The translations under genes were made by a program, and so were the position numbers. The notes beneath the pieces were generated by a model. The model was not told the DNA's origin and made no database searches. It saw only the letters and a program-made list of their open reading frames with translations. A stretch of DNA of 64,000 nucleotides from Alphaproteobacteria bacterium (GTDB lineage: Bacteria; Pseudomonadota; Alphaproteobacteria; Micavibrionales; Micavibrionaceae): NCBI GenBank assembly GCA_020442475.1, contig JAGRKA010000007.1:491-64490 (forward strand), read 5' to 3'. Within the stretch, counting starts at the first letter, position 1, and each line of letters begins with the position of its first letter. Of the stretch, positions 47,724-57,734 are shown piece after piece.

Positions 47724-48326
47724 ATGTTAAGTGATCAAAATCTGGCGGTACTAAGCAACGATCTTCAAGTGCCGCGTATTATCGGCGATGTTCTTTGCGG
47801 TGTGGAAACGCTGGGAGATGACGGACGCTTCGCTCTTCACGGGCTTTTGAGCGATATGGAGCCGGATGCGGCGCTGCTGGCAATTGCACTGGGCGCGGAG
47901 AAGCTGGCTCTGGTTTGTGGAGAGGGTTTTCCCGGCGCAGGTGTTTTAAAGATGGAATCCGGCCGGATCGTCGGGGAATACGCACCTGCAAGGCTTCGCC
48001 GCGTACAAGCCGGGCAGACAGCCCAGGGTGCTTTGATTACAGGCGAGGATAGTGTTCTTGATATGCTGGCTTATGTTCCGGAAGATCTGGAATCTCTGGC
48101 CGAGCTTCTGGACTTTGCCGGTGAGGGTTTTGCGCGGCATAACGAAGACGCCGCCGCTTTGTGTGAAATTCTGGCCGTTCAGGCCCGTGCGCAGGCGCTT
48201 GTCGCCGAGGCGTTTCTGGATATGGCCGCCGAAGAGGAAGGGGTTTGTACGCCAACTCTGTGCGCTGGCGCATCCGTATCTGCGGCGCCGCGCCATAACG
48301 TTATTCTGTTCCCACTGCGGGGGTAG
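47724..48326 (+). CDS. Hypothetical acidic protein
   Basis: 200-aa ORF. No family recognised. Confidence 0.45.
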   Translation: MLSDQNLAVLSNDLQVPRIIGDVLCGVETLGDDGRFALHGLLSDMEPDAALLAIALGAEKLALVCGEGFPGAGVLKMESGRIVGEYAPARLRRVQAGQTAQGALITGEDSVLDMLAYVPEDLESLAELLDFAGEGFARHNEDAAALCEILAVQARAQALVAEAFLDMAAEEEGVCTPTLCAGASVSAAPRHNVILFPLRG

Positions 48327-48390
48327 GCATTTGCGTAGAGTGTATCTAGCGTATCTGTAAAGGTTTTATCGTTCCTCCAAACACGATGGA

Positions 48391-50148
48391 TTAAAGTCTC
48401 ACCTCTTGGGTGGGGCTTTTTTCTATGGGAGGTGACGGCGGAACGGGTGAATTTTTCCTGAAGCCTAATTTGCGGGAAAGTTGCTGCATCAGATTAGAGT
48501 TTTTGATTTTGCGGCCAGCTAGTACGGCGCCGCCAGCCGCCGCGCCAGCTGCACCGAAGATAACGTGCAGGGCCAAATCTTCCGGAACGTTATAGAACAG
48601 GAACGGCAGAATCACACTGGTCGCGCCAAGTGCTGCGCCGGTGATTTCTCCGCCGGTGGCCACGATATCTGCGGCTGCGAAGGCACCTGTCAGACCGAGG
48701 CCTTTGGCGATTTTGCGCCAAGGTTTCATCCAGAAATTTTCTGACACCGGAGCGGAAGTTTCTCCGGCCATGTTACCCGAAAGAACTTTGTCCGGTTTTG
48801 CAAAGCGCGCCAGATTTTTTTGTACTGACAAGGTGGCTTTTTCAACATGCTTGTGGCTTGAAAGCGTGCGCATGCCTTTATGGATCACCTGCCCTGCGAG
48901 GGCGCCGCCCAGCCCCATCCAAACCATTTCGGGGTTCATACCGTCCGCAAGGTAAGAGTGCGCTGTGGCGGCCCCGCCGAAAATATAGCTAAGGGGTGTG
49001 TTCAGGCTTGTGCGGTGAAAAAAATCCCGAATATCGCGTAAGGCCTCTTTGCCTTCGCCGCTATCCATCGCGCCCAGCTTGATCGTCCCGGCCATGGCGG
49101 AGCCGAAAATAATCGTATGCAGTACGACATTCTCAACCGTGTTAAAGGCGTAAATTCCCTCCGCCGTATTGTGAGCGGCCTCCATGAAGGCGAGCTTAAA
49201 GGGTGAGTCCGGAATCAGCTTTTCGCCAAGATCCAGCGCCGGATCTTTGATGATAAAGCCGATCCGGGTATTGACGAAATCATATCCGGCATTGAGCTTA
49301 TCGTGCGCATCCAGAGCCAGTGTTTTAACCCGGCTGCAATGTTGCGGGAAAAGCCCGGCGATATTCAAACTGTTTTGCGCGATATCCGCCGCCGTTTCAC
49401 CGAAAAGCTGTGTGATGTGGTCATGGCATGTGAGTTCTATATTCGGATTGAAATAAGCCTGATCGAATTCCGGAACGTAGTCCGGATCGTCCAGCGCATC
49501 CATGCTGAAATTTGTCAAAGCGGTAGCTTGGGGGTTGATATAGGTTGTCGCAGAGCTGCCGATTTGCTTTTTCATGAAGGCCAGCGTACCGGTGGCGAAG
49601 ATCAGCAAGCCCAAAGCGGATTTCGGATGTTCTTTCACATCTTCCCAGATATGCGCCCCGGCGTTTTTGAGTGTCCGCCCCGTCGCGCGGAGCGGTTCGA
49701 TCGGAATTTGCCCGGTCTTATGCTTGTACATATGGAGGATTTTTTGGTGATCCTCCGGCAGAGTTTCAGGTGGCGGGAGCTTTACGCCTTCGGAGAGGCT
49801 TTCGAGATAGGCTTCAAGTCCCTCCAGCCCCGCACGCAGGGATTTTTTATCCGCATCGTCTTTGTCCCGCGTTGGACCGAGTGCCTTGCGCTCAATTTTG
49901 GCGAGTTCTTTCATAAAGGATAAAAGCGCCGGGTCCTGACGCAAATCACCGTACAGGCTGCGAATTTGCTCTGCGATGACAGGCGCCGGATTATCGTCTC
50001 TGCGGCTGTAATGGTGCCGCACCCACAGCGCCTCCGTTTCGGGGGAGTCCAGAACGCCCCCGAGTGCCTGCGTGGCATCCAGCCTGTGTTGAAGCGTATC
50101 GCGGATCATGTGTTCGAATTTCGGACGGAGGTTAAAGACCCAACTCAC
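48391..50148 (-). CDS. Hypothetical polytopic membrane protein (585 aa)
   Basis: GTG start. About 185 aa of soluble N-terminus, then multiple Gly/Ala-rich hydrophobic segments (LGLLIFATGTLAF, VVLHTIIFGSAMAG, MVWMGLGGALAG, GLTGAFAAADIVATGG, LHVIFGAAGAAAGGAVLAG). The start overlaps the stop of the upstream secreted-protein gene by 17 nt. Confidence 0.55.
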   Translation of the reverse strand: MSWVFNLRPKFEHMIRDTLQHRLDATQALGGVLDSPETEALWVRHHYSRRDDNPAPVIAEQIRSLYGDLRQDPALLSFMKELAKIERKALGPTRDKDDADKKSLRAGLEGLEAYLESLSEGVKLPPPETLPEDHQKILHMYKHKTGQIPIEPLRATGRTLKNAGAHIWEDVKEHPKSALGLLIFATGTLAFMKKQIGSSATTYINPQATALTNFSMDALDDPDYVPEFDQAYFNPNIELTCHDHITQLFGETAADIAQNSLNIAGLFPQHCSRVKTLALDAHDKLNAGYDFVNTRIGFIIKDPALDLGEKLIPDSPFKLAFMEAAHNTAEGIYAFNTVENVVLHTIIFGSAMAGTIKLGAMDSGEGKEALRDIRDFFHRTSLNTPLSYIFGGAATAHSYLADGMNPEMVWMGLGGALAGQVIHKGMRTLSSHKHVEKATLSVQKNLARFAKPDKVLSGNMAGETSAPVSENFWMKPWRKIAKGLGLTGAFAAADIVATGGEITGAALGATSVILPFLFYNVPEDLALHVIFGAAGAAAGGAVLAGRKIKNSNLMQQLSRKLGFRKNSPVPPSPPIEKSPTQEVRL

Positions 50149-50620
50149 GCCTGCAAGCTTTTACAACATCGCCAAGCGGGCAGTTGGTTTTTTGTTCCCA
50201 GTCAGAACCGTATCGATCGGCCACAGCCCAATCAGACGATCCCGTGTGTTTCAGGTGCCTTCCGGCTTGAGCATAGCAGATATGATGATCTGTAGCGAAA
50301 TGAATAAGGGTTTCGCCTAGAAGTGTACCAGATTGATTACGCTTATCCCTTTCGCTGCCTGTTAGTTCTATATGTTCAACATTTTTAAGATCACCAAGCG
50401 GGTCGATATCTTTGGCAAGGTCATAGGTCATAAAAAAGCCTCCGTTGGAATCTATAAAGGCTTTGGAGCAATCGACTGTCCGTACAACAGATTTCCCCAT
50501 TAATCCGGGATAGGTGATGGATACGTAAGGGCCGCCGGCCTGCGCTTCGGTAGCCGGGGTCAAAGCCAGCATGGTAGCGGCAACGGCATTAAACAAAGGG
50601 TTTGTGGGTTTGGTGCGCAT
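50132..50620 (-). CDS. Hypothetical secreted protein (162 aa, 4 Cys)
   Basis: The start is trimmed to MRTKPTNPLFNAVAATMLALTPATEAQA, which is signal-peptide-like with an AxA cleavage site. No family recognised. Confidence 0.55.
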   Translation of the reverse strand: MRTKPTNPLFNAVAATMLALTPATEAQAGGPYVSITYPGLMGKSVVRTVDCSKAFIDSNGGFFMTYDLAKDIDPLGDLKNVEHIELTGSERDKRNQSGTLLGETLIHFATDHHICYAQAGRHLKHTGSSDWAVADRYGSDWEQKTNCPLGDVVKACRRELGL

Positions 50621-50725
50621 GGATTGTTTACTCTCTTTATTCGGGTTTTTGTACATTTGATTTTGGGGAGGCCGCTTGATGACGTTGGCTGTCCGCCCCT
50701 TAATCCTTTTGTCCGCAGCTAAATT

Positions 50726-50808
50726 GAAAATGATTCGCATTTGCTGTTGACTTCATCTTTAATGATGATAATCATTCTCATTGTCAATAGAGAATAAGAA
50801 TCGTTCTC
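50726..50808. promoter_or_regulatory. Cluster of three Fur-box-like sites in a divergent promoter region
   Basis: Compared with GATAATGATAATCATTATC by hand count: 50761-50779 AATGATGATAATCATTCTC matches 16/19, 50790-50808 GAGAATAAGAATCGTTCTC matches 14/19, and 50726-50744 GAAAATGATTCGCATTTGC matches 13/19. The cluster lies between the divergent genes starting at 50620 (-) and 50844 (+). Confidence 0.6.
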
Positions 50809-50843
50809 AATAATTTTCTGGACAATTTTTAAGGACCCGGCCC

Positions 50844-51200
50844 ATGGCGGAAGAGAAGCAAAAAAACAAGTTTTTGAAAGATGTGTTTTGGAAGGTCGCA
50901 GGTGTCGGGTTCGGGCTTGCCACGGGTGTGTTTATTGCAGACCCGTTCACGGAAGCCTTGTTTTTAGGGGATTTTCACGATCCGGGTAATTTGAACGCGC
51001 AGGCTGTCTCATCCTGGATCAATACACATTTTTCATGGGTGCCGGAAATAATTGGTTTGCGCGGTGACGGCGGGTTTTTGAATACGGAGTTCGCGCAGAG
51101 CGTTTTGTCACCACACCTGGAAAAAGTTGCGCTGCCTACTCTGGAGACGGTTGCCCAAAGCTACGGGGAAAAGGGATTCTCCATGGATGATTTGCTATAG
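50844..51200 (+). CDS. Hypothetical small membrane-associated protein
   Basis: 118 aa with one hydrophobic segment, VAGVGFGLATGVFIA. Its start lies 36 nt downstream of the last Fur-like site. Confidence 0.5.
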   Translation: MAEEKQKNKFLKDVFWKVAGVGFGLATGVFIADPFTEALFLGDFHDPGNLNAQAVSSWINTHFSWVPEIIGLRGDGGFLNTEFAQSVLSPHLEKVALPTLETVAQSYGEKGFSMDDLL

Positions 51201-51204
51201 CGCC

Positions 51205-51567
51205 CTACCCTTCCGGTAGCATCCGGCCCAGAGGTTTTCCAGCAAGGATATGAAGGTGGAAATGGGGCACTTCCTGCCCGCCATGCAGGCCGGTATTGGT
51301 GATGGTGCGGAAACCTTGCGCGCTTAAATTTTTCTCCCGGACGATTTTCGACACGGCTGCGTGGAAGGCTTTGATTTCTTCAGCCGAAGCGTTTTCGCCG
51401 AAATCCTCGATCGAGATATAGGCACCCTTCGGAATTACAAGAATATGAACGGGGGCCTGCGGGTTGATATCCTTAAAGGCCAGAACGTGCTCGTCCTCGT
51501 AAACTGTTTCGTTCGGGATTTCGCTTCGTAAAATCCTTGCAAAAATATTATTATCGTCATATGTCAT
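51205..51567 (-). CDS. HIT family (HinT-like) protein
   Basis: [11 protein letters not shown], ...[15 protein letters not shown] and the histidine triad HFHLHILAG. Confidence 0.92.
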   Translation of the reverse strand: MTYDDNNIFARILRSEIPNETVYEDEHVLAFKDINPQAPVHILVIPKGAYISIEDFGENASAEEIKAFHAAVSKIVREKNLSAQGFRTITNTGLHGGQEVPHFHLHILAGKPLGRMLPEG

Positions 51568-51640
51568 GGCCGTTCCTTCTCAAACGGTTGGGCGAAAGAT
51601 CGAGGAAATTACACACTATCCGGAGCCGGGATGTAAAGCC

Positions 51641-52000
51641 ATGTTTGTGACGATGCTCAAAAGTAAGATACACCGTGCGGTCGTAACGCAATGCGATTTG
51701 CATTATGAAGGCTCGATCACGATCGACAGCGATTTACTGGAGCAAGCCGGGATTTTGCCTTATGAGCAGGTGGATGTCCTGAATATCAATAACGGTGAGC
51801 GTTTTACGACTTATGCGATCGAAGGCTCCCGTGGTTCCGGCATTATCGGGATTAACGGCGCGGCGGCGCGGCTGGCGCAAAAGGGCGATCTGGTGATTAT
51901 CTGCGCCTTTGCCGGTATGACGCCCGAAGAGGCGCAGGATCATGCGCCTGCGGTTATTTTGATGGATGAAAAGAATCAGATAAAGACCGGTAAAATATAA
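51641..52000 (+). CDS. panD: Aspartate 1-decarboxylase
   Basis: [29 protein letters not shown], including the Gly-Ser self-processing site. The start is trimmed from 51566 to 51641. Confidence 0.94.
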   Translation: MFVTMLKSKIHRAVVTQCDLHYEGSITIDSDLLEQAGILPYEQVDVLNINNGERFTTYAIEGSRGSGIIGINGAAARLAQKGDLVIICAFAGMTPEEAQDHAPAVILMDEKNQIKTGKI

Positions 52001-52227
52001 AGGCTTGACTCGCTGTGGTGTGCCCTGTATACAGGATGTGTCTTTTTAAGGATAAATCCGGAAAATTTTGGATATTTAACTAGGCCGAAGATATTCGGTC
52101 CCCGCAAAAGGGTTCCGCGTGAAAGCTTTTATGAATACGGGCTTTGAAAACCGGAAGATACGGCAACAAGGGTCCGGCAAACAGTAATCTCCACAACAAC
52201 CATGATAACCAAGAAGACGAGAGTCTC

Positions 52228-53484
52228 ATGAATTTACAAGAATTGAAGACACGTTCGCCCGCGGAATTGCTGGCGTTTGCGGAAGAGCTCGAGATTGAGA
52301 GCTGCAATACGATGCGCAAACAGGATATGATGTTTGCTATTCTCAAAAAACTGGCAGATCAGAATGTCCCCATTACCGGCGTCGGGGTTTTAGAGGTTTT
52401 GCAGGACGGCTTCGGCTTCTTGCGTTCGCCGGAGGAAAATTACCTGCCGGGTCCGGACGATATTTATGTGTCTCCGTCACAAGTACGCCGTTTTGGGCTG
52501 CGGACCGGGGATATCGTAGAAGGTGAAATTCGCGCGCCAAAAGATTCCGAGCGTTATTTCGCGCTGCTCCGTGTGGGGTCGATCAATAACGAATCTCCTG
52601 ACAAGCTCCGTCACCGGATCAATTTTGACAATTTGACGCCGCTTTATCCGGACCGGAAAATCAAGCTGGAAGTCGACAATCCAACCAAGAAGGATTACGT
52701 GCAGCGTGTGATCGAGCTGACCGCGCCGATCGGCTTCGGCCAACGAGCGCTGATTGTCGCGCCGCCGCGGACCGGGAAAACCGTGATGTTGCAGGAGATC
52801 GCGACCTCGATCGCGACGAACCACCCAGACGCCTACCTGATCGTGCTGCTGATTGATGAGCGGCCTGAAGAGGTGACGGATATGGCGCGCTCTGTGCGCG
52901 GAGAAGTTGTTTCTTCCACGTTCGACGAGCCAGCCGCCCGTCACGTACAGGTGGCCGAGATGGTTATGGAGAAGGCCAAGCGCCTGACCGAACATAAGCG
53001 GGATGTGATTATCCTTCTCGATTCCATTACCCGTCTGGCACGAGCCTATAACACGGTCGTGCCCTCTTCCGGGAAAGTTTTGACCGGTGGGGTGGATGCC
53101 AATGCGCTCCAGCGTCCCAAACGTTTTTTCGGGGCAGCCCGGAATATCGAACAGGGTGGCTCTCTGACGATTATCGCGACGGCTCTGATTGACACTGGTT
53201 CTCGGATGGACGAGGTGATCTTCGAGGAATTCAAAGGGACTGGGAACTCCGAGATTGTTCTGGACCGTAAGATTTCCGACAAGCGGATTTTCCCGGCCAT
53301 CGACATTCAAAAGTCCGGCACACGGAAGGAAGAGCTGCTCGTGGGCAGAGAAAATCTCCAGAAAATGTGGGTTTTGCGCCGTATTCTCAATCCGATGGGG
53401 ACGGTGGATGCTGTGGAGTTCCTGCTTGGCAAGATGCGCGAGACAAAGAACAACGACGAGTTCTTTACCTCAATGAATCAGTAA
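52228..53484 (+). CDS. rho: Transcription termination factor Rho
   Basis: [33 protein letters not shown], Walker A APPRTGKT and [21 protein letters not shown]. The start is trimmed from 52144 to 52228 by comparison with the canonical Rho N-terminus. Confidence 0.96.
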   Translation: MNLQELKTRSPAELLAFAEELEIESCNTMRKQDMMFAILKKLADQNVPITGVGVLEVLQDGFGFLRSPEENYLPGPDDIYVSPSQVRRFGLRTGDIVEGEIRAPKDSERYFALLRVGSINNESPDKLRHRINFDNLTPLYPDRKIKLEVDNPTKKDYVQRVIELTAPIGFGQRALIVAPPRTGKTVMLQEIATSIATNHPDAYLIVLLIDERPEEVTDMARSVRGEVVSSTFDEPAARHVQVAEMVMEKAKRLTEHKRDVIILLDSITRLARAYNTVVPSSGKVLTGGVDANALQRPKRFFGAARNIEQGGSLTIIATALIDTGSRMDEVIFEEFKGTGNSEIVLDRKISDKRIFPAIDIQKSGTRKEELLVGRENLQKMWVLRRILNPMGTVDAVEFLLGKMRETKNNDEFFTSMNQ

Positions 53485-54401
53485 GACAGTGCGGCGAAGG
53501 AAAGCGCGGCAATCTTTTGCTTCGTTGCCGTTTTGTCTTCGTCTTGCTTGCCGCCGGGAAAATGATCTCTGAAACGGATAATCTGTGCGGACGGACCTTG
53601 CTTTAGGGTACGCCCGTTCGTCATGAAATGCAGAAACTCAGAGGATGAAAGCGGCTCGTGCACCATATTGCCCTGAATTTTAATATCACCGCGTTCTGAC
53701 AGATATGCGAAAGCGTCATCGTCTATAGACAGCCGGATTCCCTCTAGAACCAGCATCCGGCCTTCGAACGACTTATTATCAAGAAGCGCTTCAAAATCAG
53801 ATTGTGTTTGGCAGGGCTTGACCAAAGAGCGGTCGATTTTAACGGTGTCAGGCCGGATATTTTTAATCCGCCTGTTATCGGAGGCCTTCACCCCGTAATC
53901 GTCAAGCGTGATTCCAAATCCTTTCCTTTTAAGGTTGAAAATCCGGCTTTCGGAAAAAGGGTGAATAAATTCGTCTTCAAGAATCTCGATATTAATTTGC
54001 GGCGGAGTGATTTTATGCTGCCTTAAAATCATATTGACTTTTTCCGATAACCCATCGCTTGCGAAGGTCTCCGGCGACATATTGACGTTCATCGCAATAT
54101 CGGCAGGCAGAGATTCCCTATGGTCGCTCAAGAACCGACAAGCACGATCAAGCATAAACAGATCAAGAAGAGGCAACTGGTTGTTGGCCTCAATATCCCC
54201 CAAAAATTCATGAGGCCGCTCCTGAGTGTGTAACGTAACGTCTTCGACTGTTTGGGATTTCCCCCATTTTCTGGCGAGTACCTCTCCACCTGTACAAACA
54301 GGTTTGCTTGAGGAGAGCTTGAATACAGGCTGGATCGCAAAAGGGAAAGACTCGCGGATAAAGGCGGTTTTTATCGGGGTCGGATCACTCATTTCGAACA
54401 C
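53478..54401 (-). CDS. EAL-domain protein (stand-alone)
   Basis: GGEVLAR (EAL motif variant EVL), [32 protein letters not shown] and VLEGIR. Confidence 0.7.
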   Translation of the reverse strand: MFEMSDPTPIKTAFIRESFPFAIQPVFKLSSSKPVCTGGEVLARKWGKSQTVEDVTLHTQERPHEFLGDIEANNQLPLLDLFMLDRACRFLSDHRESLPADIAMNVNMSPETFASDGLSEKVNMILRQHKITPPQINIEILEDEFIHPFSESRIFNLKRKGFGITLDDYGVKASDNRRIKNIRPDTVKIDRSLVKPCQTQSDFEALLDNKSFEGRMLVLEGIRLSIDDDAFAYLSERGDIKIQGNMVHEPLSSSEFLHFMTNGRTLKQGPSAQIIRFRDHFPGGKQDEDKTATKQKIAALSFAALSY

Positions 54402-54523
54402 ATCATAGGCCCTGTTTCTAAAAATTACGGTAATGTGTTTTGAGACTCTTTGTCAATTTAGAATAATTATAGATCAAATTTTTCCTAAATACTGTTCGTA
54501 ATTCATTGAATTCTCACATAAAA

Positions 54524-54553
54524 TTGAAACGATAGTATTTGCCATAATATAAT
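54524..54553 (+). promoter_or_regulatory. Candidate sigma70-type promoter for the 54664 gene
   Basis: TTGAAA (54524-54529), an 18-nt spacer, then TATAAT (54548-54553), about 110 nt upstream of the ATG. Confidence 0.3.
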
Positions 54554-54663
54554 TTTTGTGGTGGGATGAAAGTATAAGGGCCTTAAAAAGACGGCGGGTT
54601 AAAAAAACAGACCGTCAGGCCCAGAGAAAAAGAATAAACAGCGCATGATGGATAGGTGAGACG

Positions 54664-55182
54664 ATGAAACAGTTATCAGGCAACATAGATAATAACGCAC
54701 AGCAGCACCTCGCGAAAGCAGTGGGTGCGTATCTCATCATTCTTATCATGATACTCGCCGTGTCCGCCGGTACGGCCTGGTCGTTCGATACGTACGATCC
54801 GGTCGAAGGCGGCGCGGTCGATCAGATTCAAGGCGACGGCGCTAACCCGTTCGCCTCAAACACTCCCCCCCCGGCCATGGCGGATTCGTGCCTTCCCTTG
54901 CTCAAATCCATCCATTACACAGCCCCTGTATCTGCCATGGACAGGAACCAGCGCTCGGCTGGAAAGGCAGTGGCTCTCGGTCTTGTATTCGGCGTTCGCT
55001 TTGCCCTCACGCCGCCGACCAAGACCGGAGCGCCTACTCTACATGCAAAACCCCGTGTCGATATCTGGGAAACTGACGGCGCCTTTGCCGGAAACCGTAA
55101 TGCCCTCGCGGTTTCGGCCTACCGTCAATGCCAGAAAGAGCGGGCCCTGCAAGCGCTATCGGATTTCCGCTGGACGCGTTAA
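54664..55182 (+). CDS. Hypothetical membrane-anchored protein
   Basis: One TM segment (AVGAYLIILIMILAVSAGTAW). No family recognised. Confidence 0.5.
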   Translation: MKQLSGNIDNNAQQHLAKAVGAYLIILIMILAVSAGTAWSFDTYDPVEGGAVDQIQGDGANPFASNTPPPAMADSCLPLLKSIHYTAPVSAMDRNQRSAGKAVALGLVFGVRFALTPPTKTGAPTLHAKPRVDIWETDGAFAGNRNALAVSAYRQCQKERALQALSDFRWTR

Positions 55183-55225
55183 GACAGGAGTAAACTGCTG
55201 GATTTTAAAATGCCCCTCGCACAAT

Positions 55226-55276
55226 GGCCGCCTTCTGAAAATCCTTAGCCGGATTTGAAGAGGCGGCCTTTCTTTT
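55226..55276 (+). terminator. Intrinsic terminator after the 54664-55182 gene
   Basis: Stem GGCCGCCT (55226-55233) pairs with AGGCGGCC (55261-55268). An inner hairpin AAATCC..GGATTT is present. The stem is followed by TTTCTTTT (55269-55276). Confidence 0.55.
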
Positions 55277-55295
55277 ACAGGTCTTTGAGAACGCT

Positions 55296-56852
55296 CTAAC
55301 CGGCGAGACGACCCAGTGCGCGTTTTAACGCTTTTTTCCTGAACAGGCTGCGCAGGACGAGGGTCATTGCCCCACCGGTTGCCAGAATTAGAAGATCCGC
55401 CATTAATCTCGCAGGTACGCCTCCCGGCAGGGCCGGTAAGGTAGAGGGAAGCTGTGCACGCAGGACCAGAAAATAAAGAATGAAAAATCCAGCAGTCAGA
55501 AGAACGCCAAGGGCTGTACCAAATCTTTGCGGGGTGCTCGTGATATTCTTAAGGGCCAGTGCCGCATCATGGACCAACTTTTCAGCGCTTTCGTCCGAGA
55601 GCCCGGCTTCCGTATTTTTCAGCAGGGCGAGAGTCGCTTTTTTAGGAGGAAGCTTCATCGCAGCCTTCACGGCGAGGCGCAGCGTTTTGTACGCGCAGGC
55701 TTGTCTTACGGCGCCCGCGGCATCCCCTTGCCCCGTCGCCGCTTTTTCCAGCGCCTTTATACCCGGCTCCATGATCTGTTCAAGGATCGGGGGCATATCG
55801 ATAAGCAGGGTTTGCAGACCAAAAATGAAAGCGGGCACCTCTTCACCCTCAACGGTAAAGAGCGCATCTCCGTTCGGGATATGAACGAGATAGGGCAGGT
55901 AAACCTCTTCCTGTCCTTTTCCAGCTTGCCCTTCCCCTGTCATGTCCACGGGACGCGCGTTCACATGGTCGATCAGGTGCGGACCGAGCTGTTCGATGAC
56001 CGAGACGACACGCTCTTCAAGGGCGTCGCGGTTGTAGTCAAAAAAGCCGACCGCATCAATTTCGACGATCGCGATATGCGTATTCCAGGCGTGCCCGTTA
56101 CAGGTTTTGCATGGAATCGTACGCCGCCCCCGGCAGACAGTACACTGGATTTTTCGGGTCTGATGGCAGGTGCGGCATTGCGCTTTCCCCTGCCCGTGGC
56201 AATAGGTGCAAGGGTGCGGTTTGCCTTGTGAGCCCGTTATTTGCCGGTTTCCGTTGCATTGTGGGCAGGTCTCAAAGCCGTTTCCATGACAGCGCGGGCA
56301 CATTTCCTGCCCATGCCCGTGGCAACGCACGCACGGCACGGCGCCCTTGGCCTTACAGGCGTTGCAGGCCTCGTAATGGGCGAATTGTTTGTGCAGGAAA
56401 GGGAGCTTGATCAGCTCATTATGGATGTTAAAACCTTTGTCCTTGCGATGAAGAAGAACGTCCCGGATGCGGTTAATAACATCCGCATTATGCATGATCT
56501 TGCTTTTCTCGCGGGCAATGGCTTCGCGCATCATGGCGTCACTGCCGACGATCTGGGGACCTGTCACCTTTCCGGCTTGTCTCTTTTCAGAGATCTTTGT
56601 CTTCAGTTCAAGTTTTGTCGCACACAGAAATTCGAGGGTTTCCCCCTTAAAATCCTTTAATTCGACTTTGTCCGGATCAATCCCGTTGCCCCGAATCAGG
56701 CCGCGGAGTTTCTCCAGAGCGCCCTGCGCATAGGCCGGGTCGATCTCCGCATGATAGCTTGAGCCGCCCTGTTCCTGCGCAAGGGTAAAAGCCTCGTCTT
56801 CGCCGGGTGGCGGTTGAGGCGGCCATTCGGGAGGTTGGTCTTGCTCGTCCAC
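55296..56852 (-). CDS. Membrane-anchored protein with eight CxxC motifs (expanded DnaJ-type zinc-finger array)
   Basis: Residues ~163-251 (nt 56100-56366) read CNAC..CVRCHGHG..CPRCHGNG..CPQCNGN..CTYCHGQG..CRTC..CTVC..CKTCNGH. The N-terminus is Pro-rich and there are two C-terminal TM helices. Confidence 0.6.
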   Translation of the reverse strand: MDEQDQPPEWPPQPPPGEDEAFTLAQEQGGSSYHAEIDPAYAQGALEKLRGLIRGNGIDPDKVELKDFKGETLEFLCATKLELKTKISEKRQAGKVTGPQIVGSDAMMREAIAREKSKIMHNADVINRIRDVLLHRKDKGFNIHNELIKLPFLHKQFAHYEACNACKAKGAVPCVRCHGHGQEMCPRCHGNGFETCPQCNGNRQITGSQGKPHPCTYCHGQGKAQCRTCHQTRKIQCTVCRGRRTIPCKTCNGHAWNTHIAIVEIDAVGFFDYNRDALEERVVSVIEQLGPHLIDHVNARPVDMTGEGQAGKGQEEVYLPYLVHIPNGDALFTVEGEEVPAFIFGLQTLLIDMPPILEQIMEPGIKALEKAATGQGDAAGAVRQACAYKTLRLAVKAAMKLPPKKATLALLKNTEAGLSDESAEKLVHDAALALKNITSTPQRFGTALGVLLTAGFFILYFLVLRAQLPSTLPALPGGVPARLMADLLILATGGAMTLVLRSLFRKKALKRALGRLAG

Positions 56853-56936
56853 AGCATCTTATCCTTGGGCGCATGGCCCTTATTTCTGCGCGTTTATCCC
56901 GCAGCCTGTGCGGGGGAGATATAGCGGCGGGGCCGA

Positions 56937-57653
56937 TCAGGCCTTTTTAAGCTGCGTGCCTAAAAAGCTTTCCGTTCGCGTGTTGGCCAGCGTTGCCGCT
57001 TCTGCATTGTAGTGCATTCCGCCGCCGCGCGCAAAGGCGTGGTCCATCCCCGGATAACGGTATGTCTCCGCGAGCGGATGATCGAGCAAGGTCTCCTCGA
57101 TTTTTTCCTGCGCGTCTTTAGGCACAAATTCGTCTTCCCCGGCGATATGCAGCAGAATCGGCGCTTTGATCCTTTCGGCGTCGCCCAGCATGGCCTCAAT
57201 GCCGACACCGTAATAGCTCACTGAGGCGTCTATATCGCTGTGAGCGGCCAGCATATAAGCGAGCTTTCCGCCGAGGCAATACCCGATGCAGCCAACCCGC
57301 CCGTTACAGCGCGCATCATCGCGGACGAAGGCCAGCGTTGCCTGAAGATCTTCCAGACCCTTGGCCTGATCGAATTCCCCGAAAAGCTGGAACGCCCGCT
57401 GGAGCTGTTCTTCTACGCTGTCTACAAGCTCGATGCCCGGCTCGATCCGCCAGAAGAGGTCGGGTGCAACGGCGACATAACCCAGAGCGGCAAGATGGTC
57501 GCATTTATCGCGGATTTCCTGATTAATGCCGAAAATCTCCTGAATGACGATAACGCAAGGGGCGGGCATGTGCTCAGGCAGAGCCATATAGGCGGAAAAA
57601 GACCCGGAGCCGTCAGCGGCAGGGATCTGAAGGGTGTTTTGTGCATGGGGCAT
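56937..57653 (-). CDS. Dienelactone hydrolase family protein
   Basis: VIVIQEIFGIN, the nucleophile motif GCIGYCLGG and the late HAF His. Confidence 0.88.
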   Translation of the reverse strand: MPHAQNTLQIPAADGSGSFSAYMALPEHMPAPCVIVIQEIFGINQEIRDKCDHLAALGYVAVAPDLFWRIEPGIELVDSVEEQLQRAFQLFGEFDQAKGLEDLQATLAFVRDDARCNGRVGCIGYCLGGKLAYMLAAHSDIDASVSYYGVGIEAMLGDAERIKAPILLHIAGEDEFVPKDAQEKIEETLLDHPLAETYRYPGMDHAFARGGGMHYNAEAATLANTRTESFLGTQLKKA

Positions 57654-57734
57654 GTTTTTTTCTCCCAGAGTATCGTATAAAAGGTGTCGTATAAGAACAG
57701 TATAAAAGTTTAGTCAAGCGAAGGAGCCGGTACA

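Noticed and set aside
52001-52227. rho 5' leader as a possible structured RNA
   Set aside because: The C-rich, G-poor stretch (CCACAACAACCATGATAACCAAGAAGACG) is what is expected of a rut-like autoregulatory leader. No distinct conserved structure is discernible by eye.
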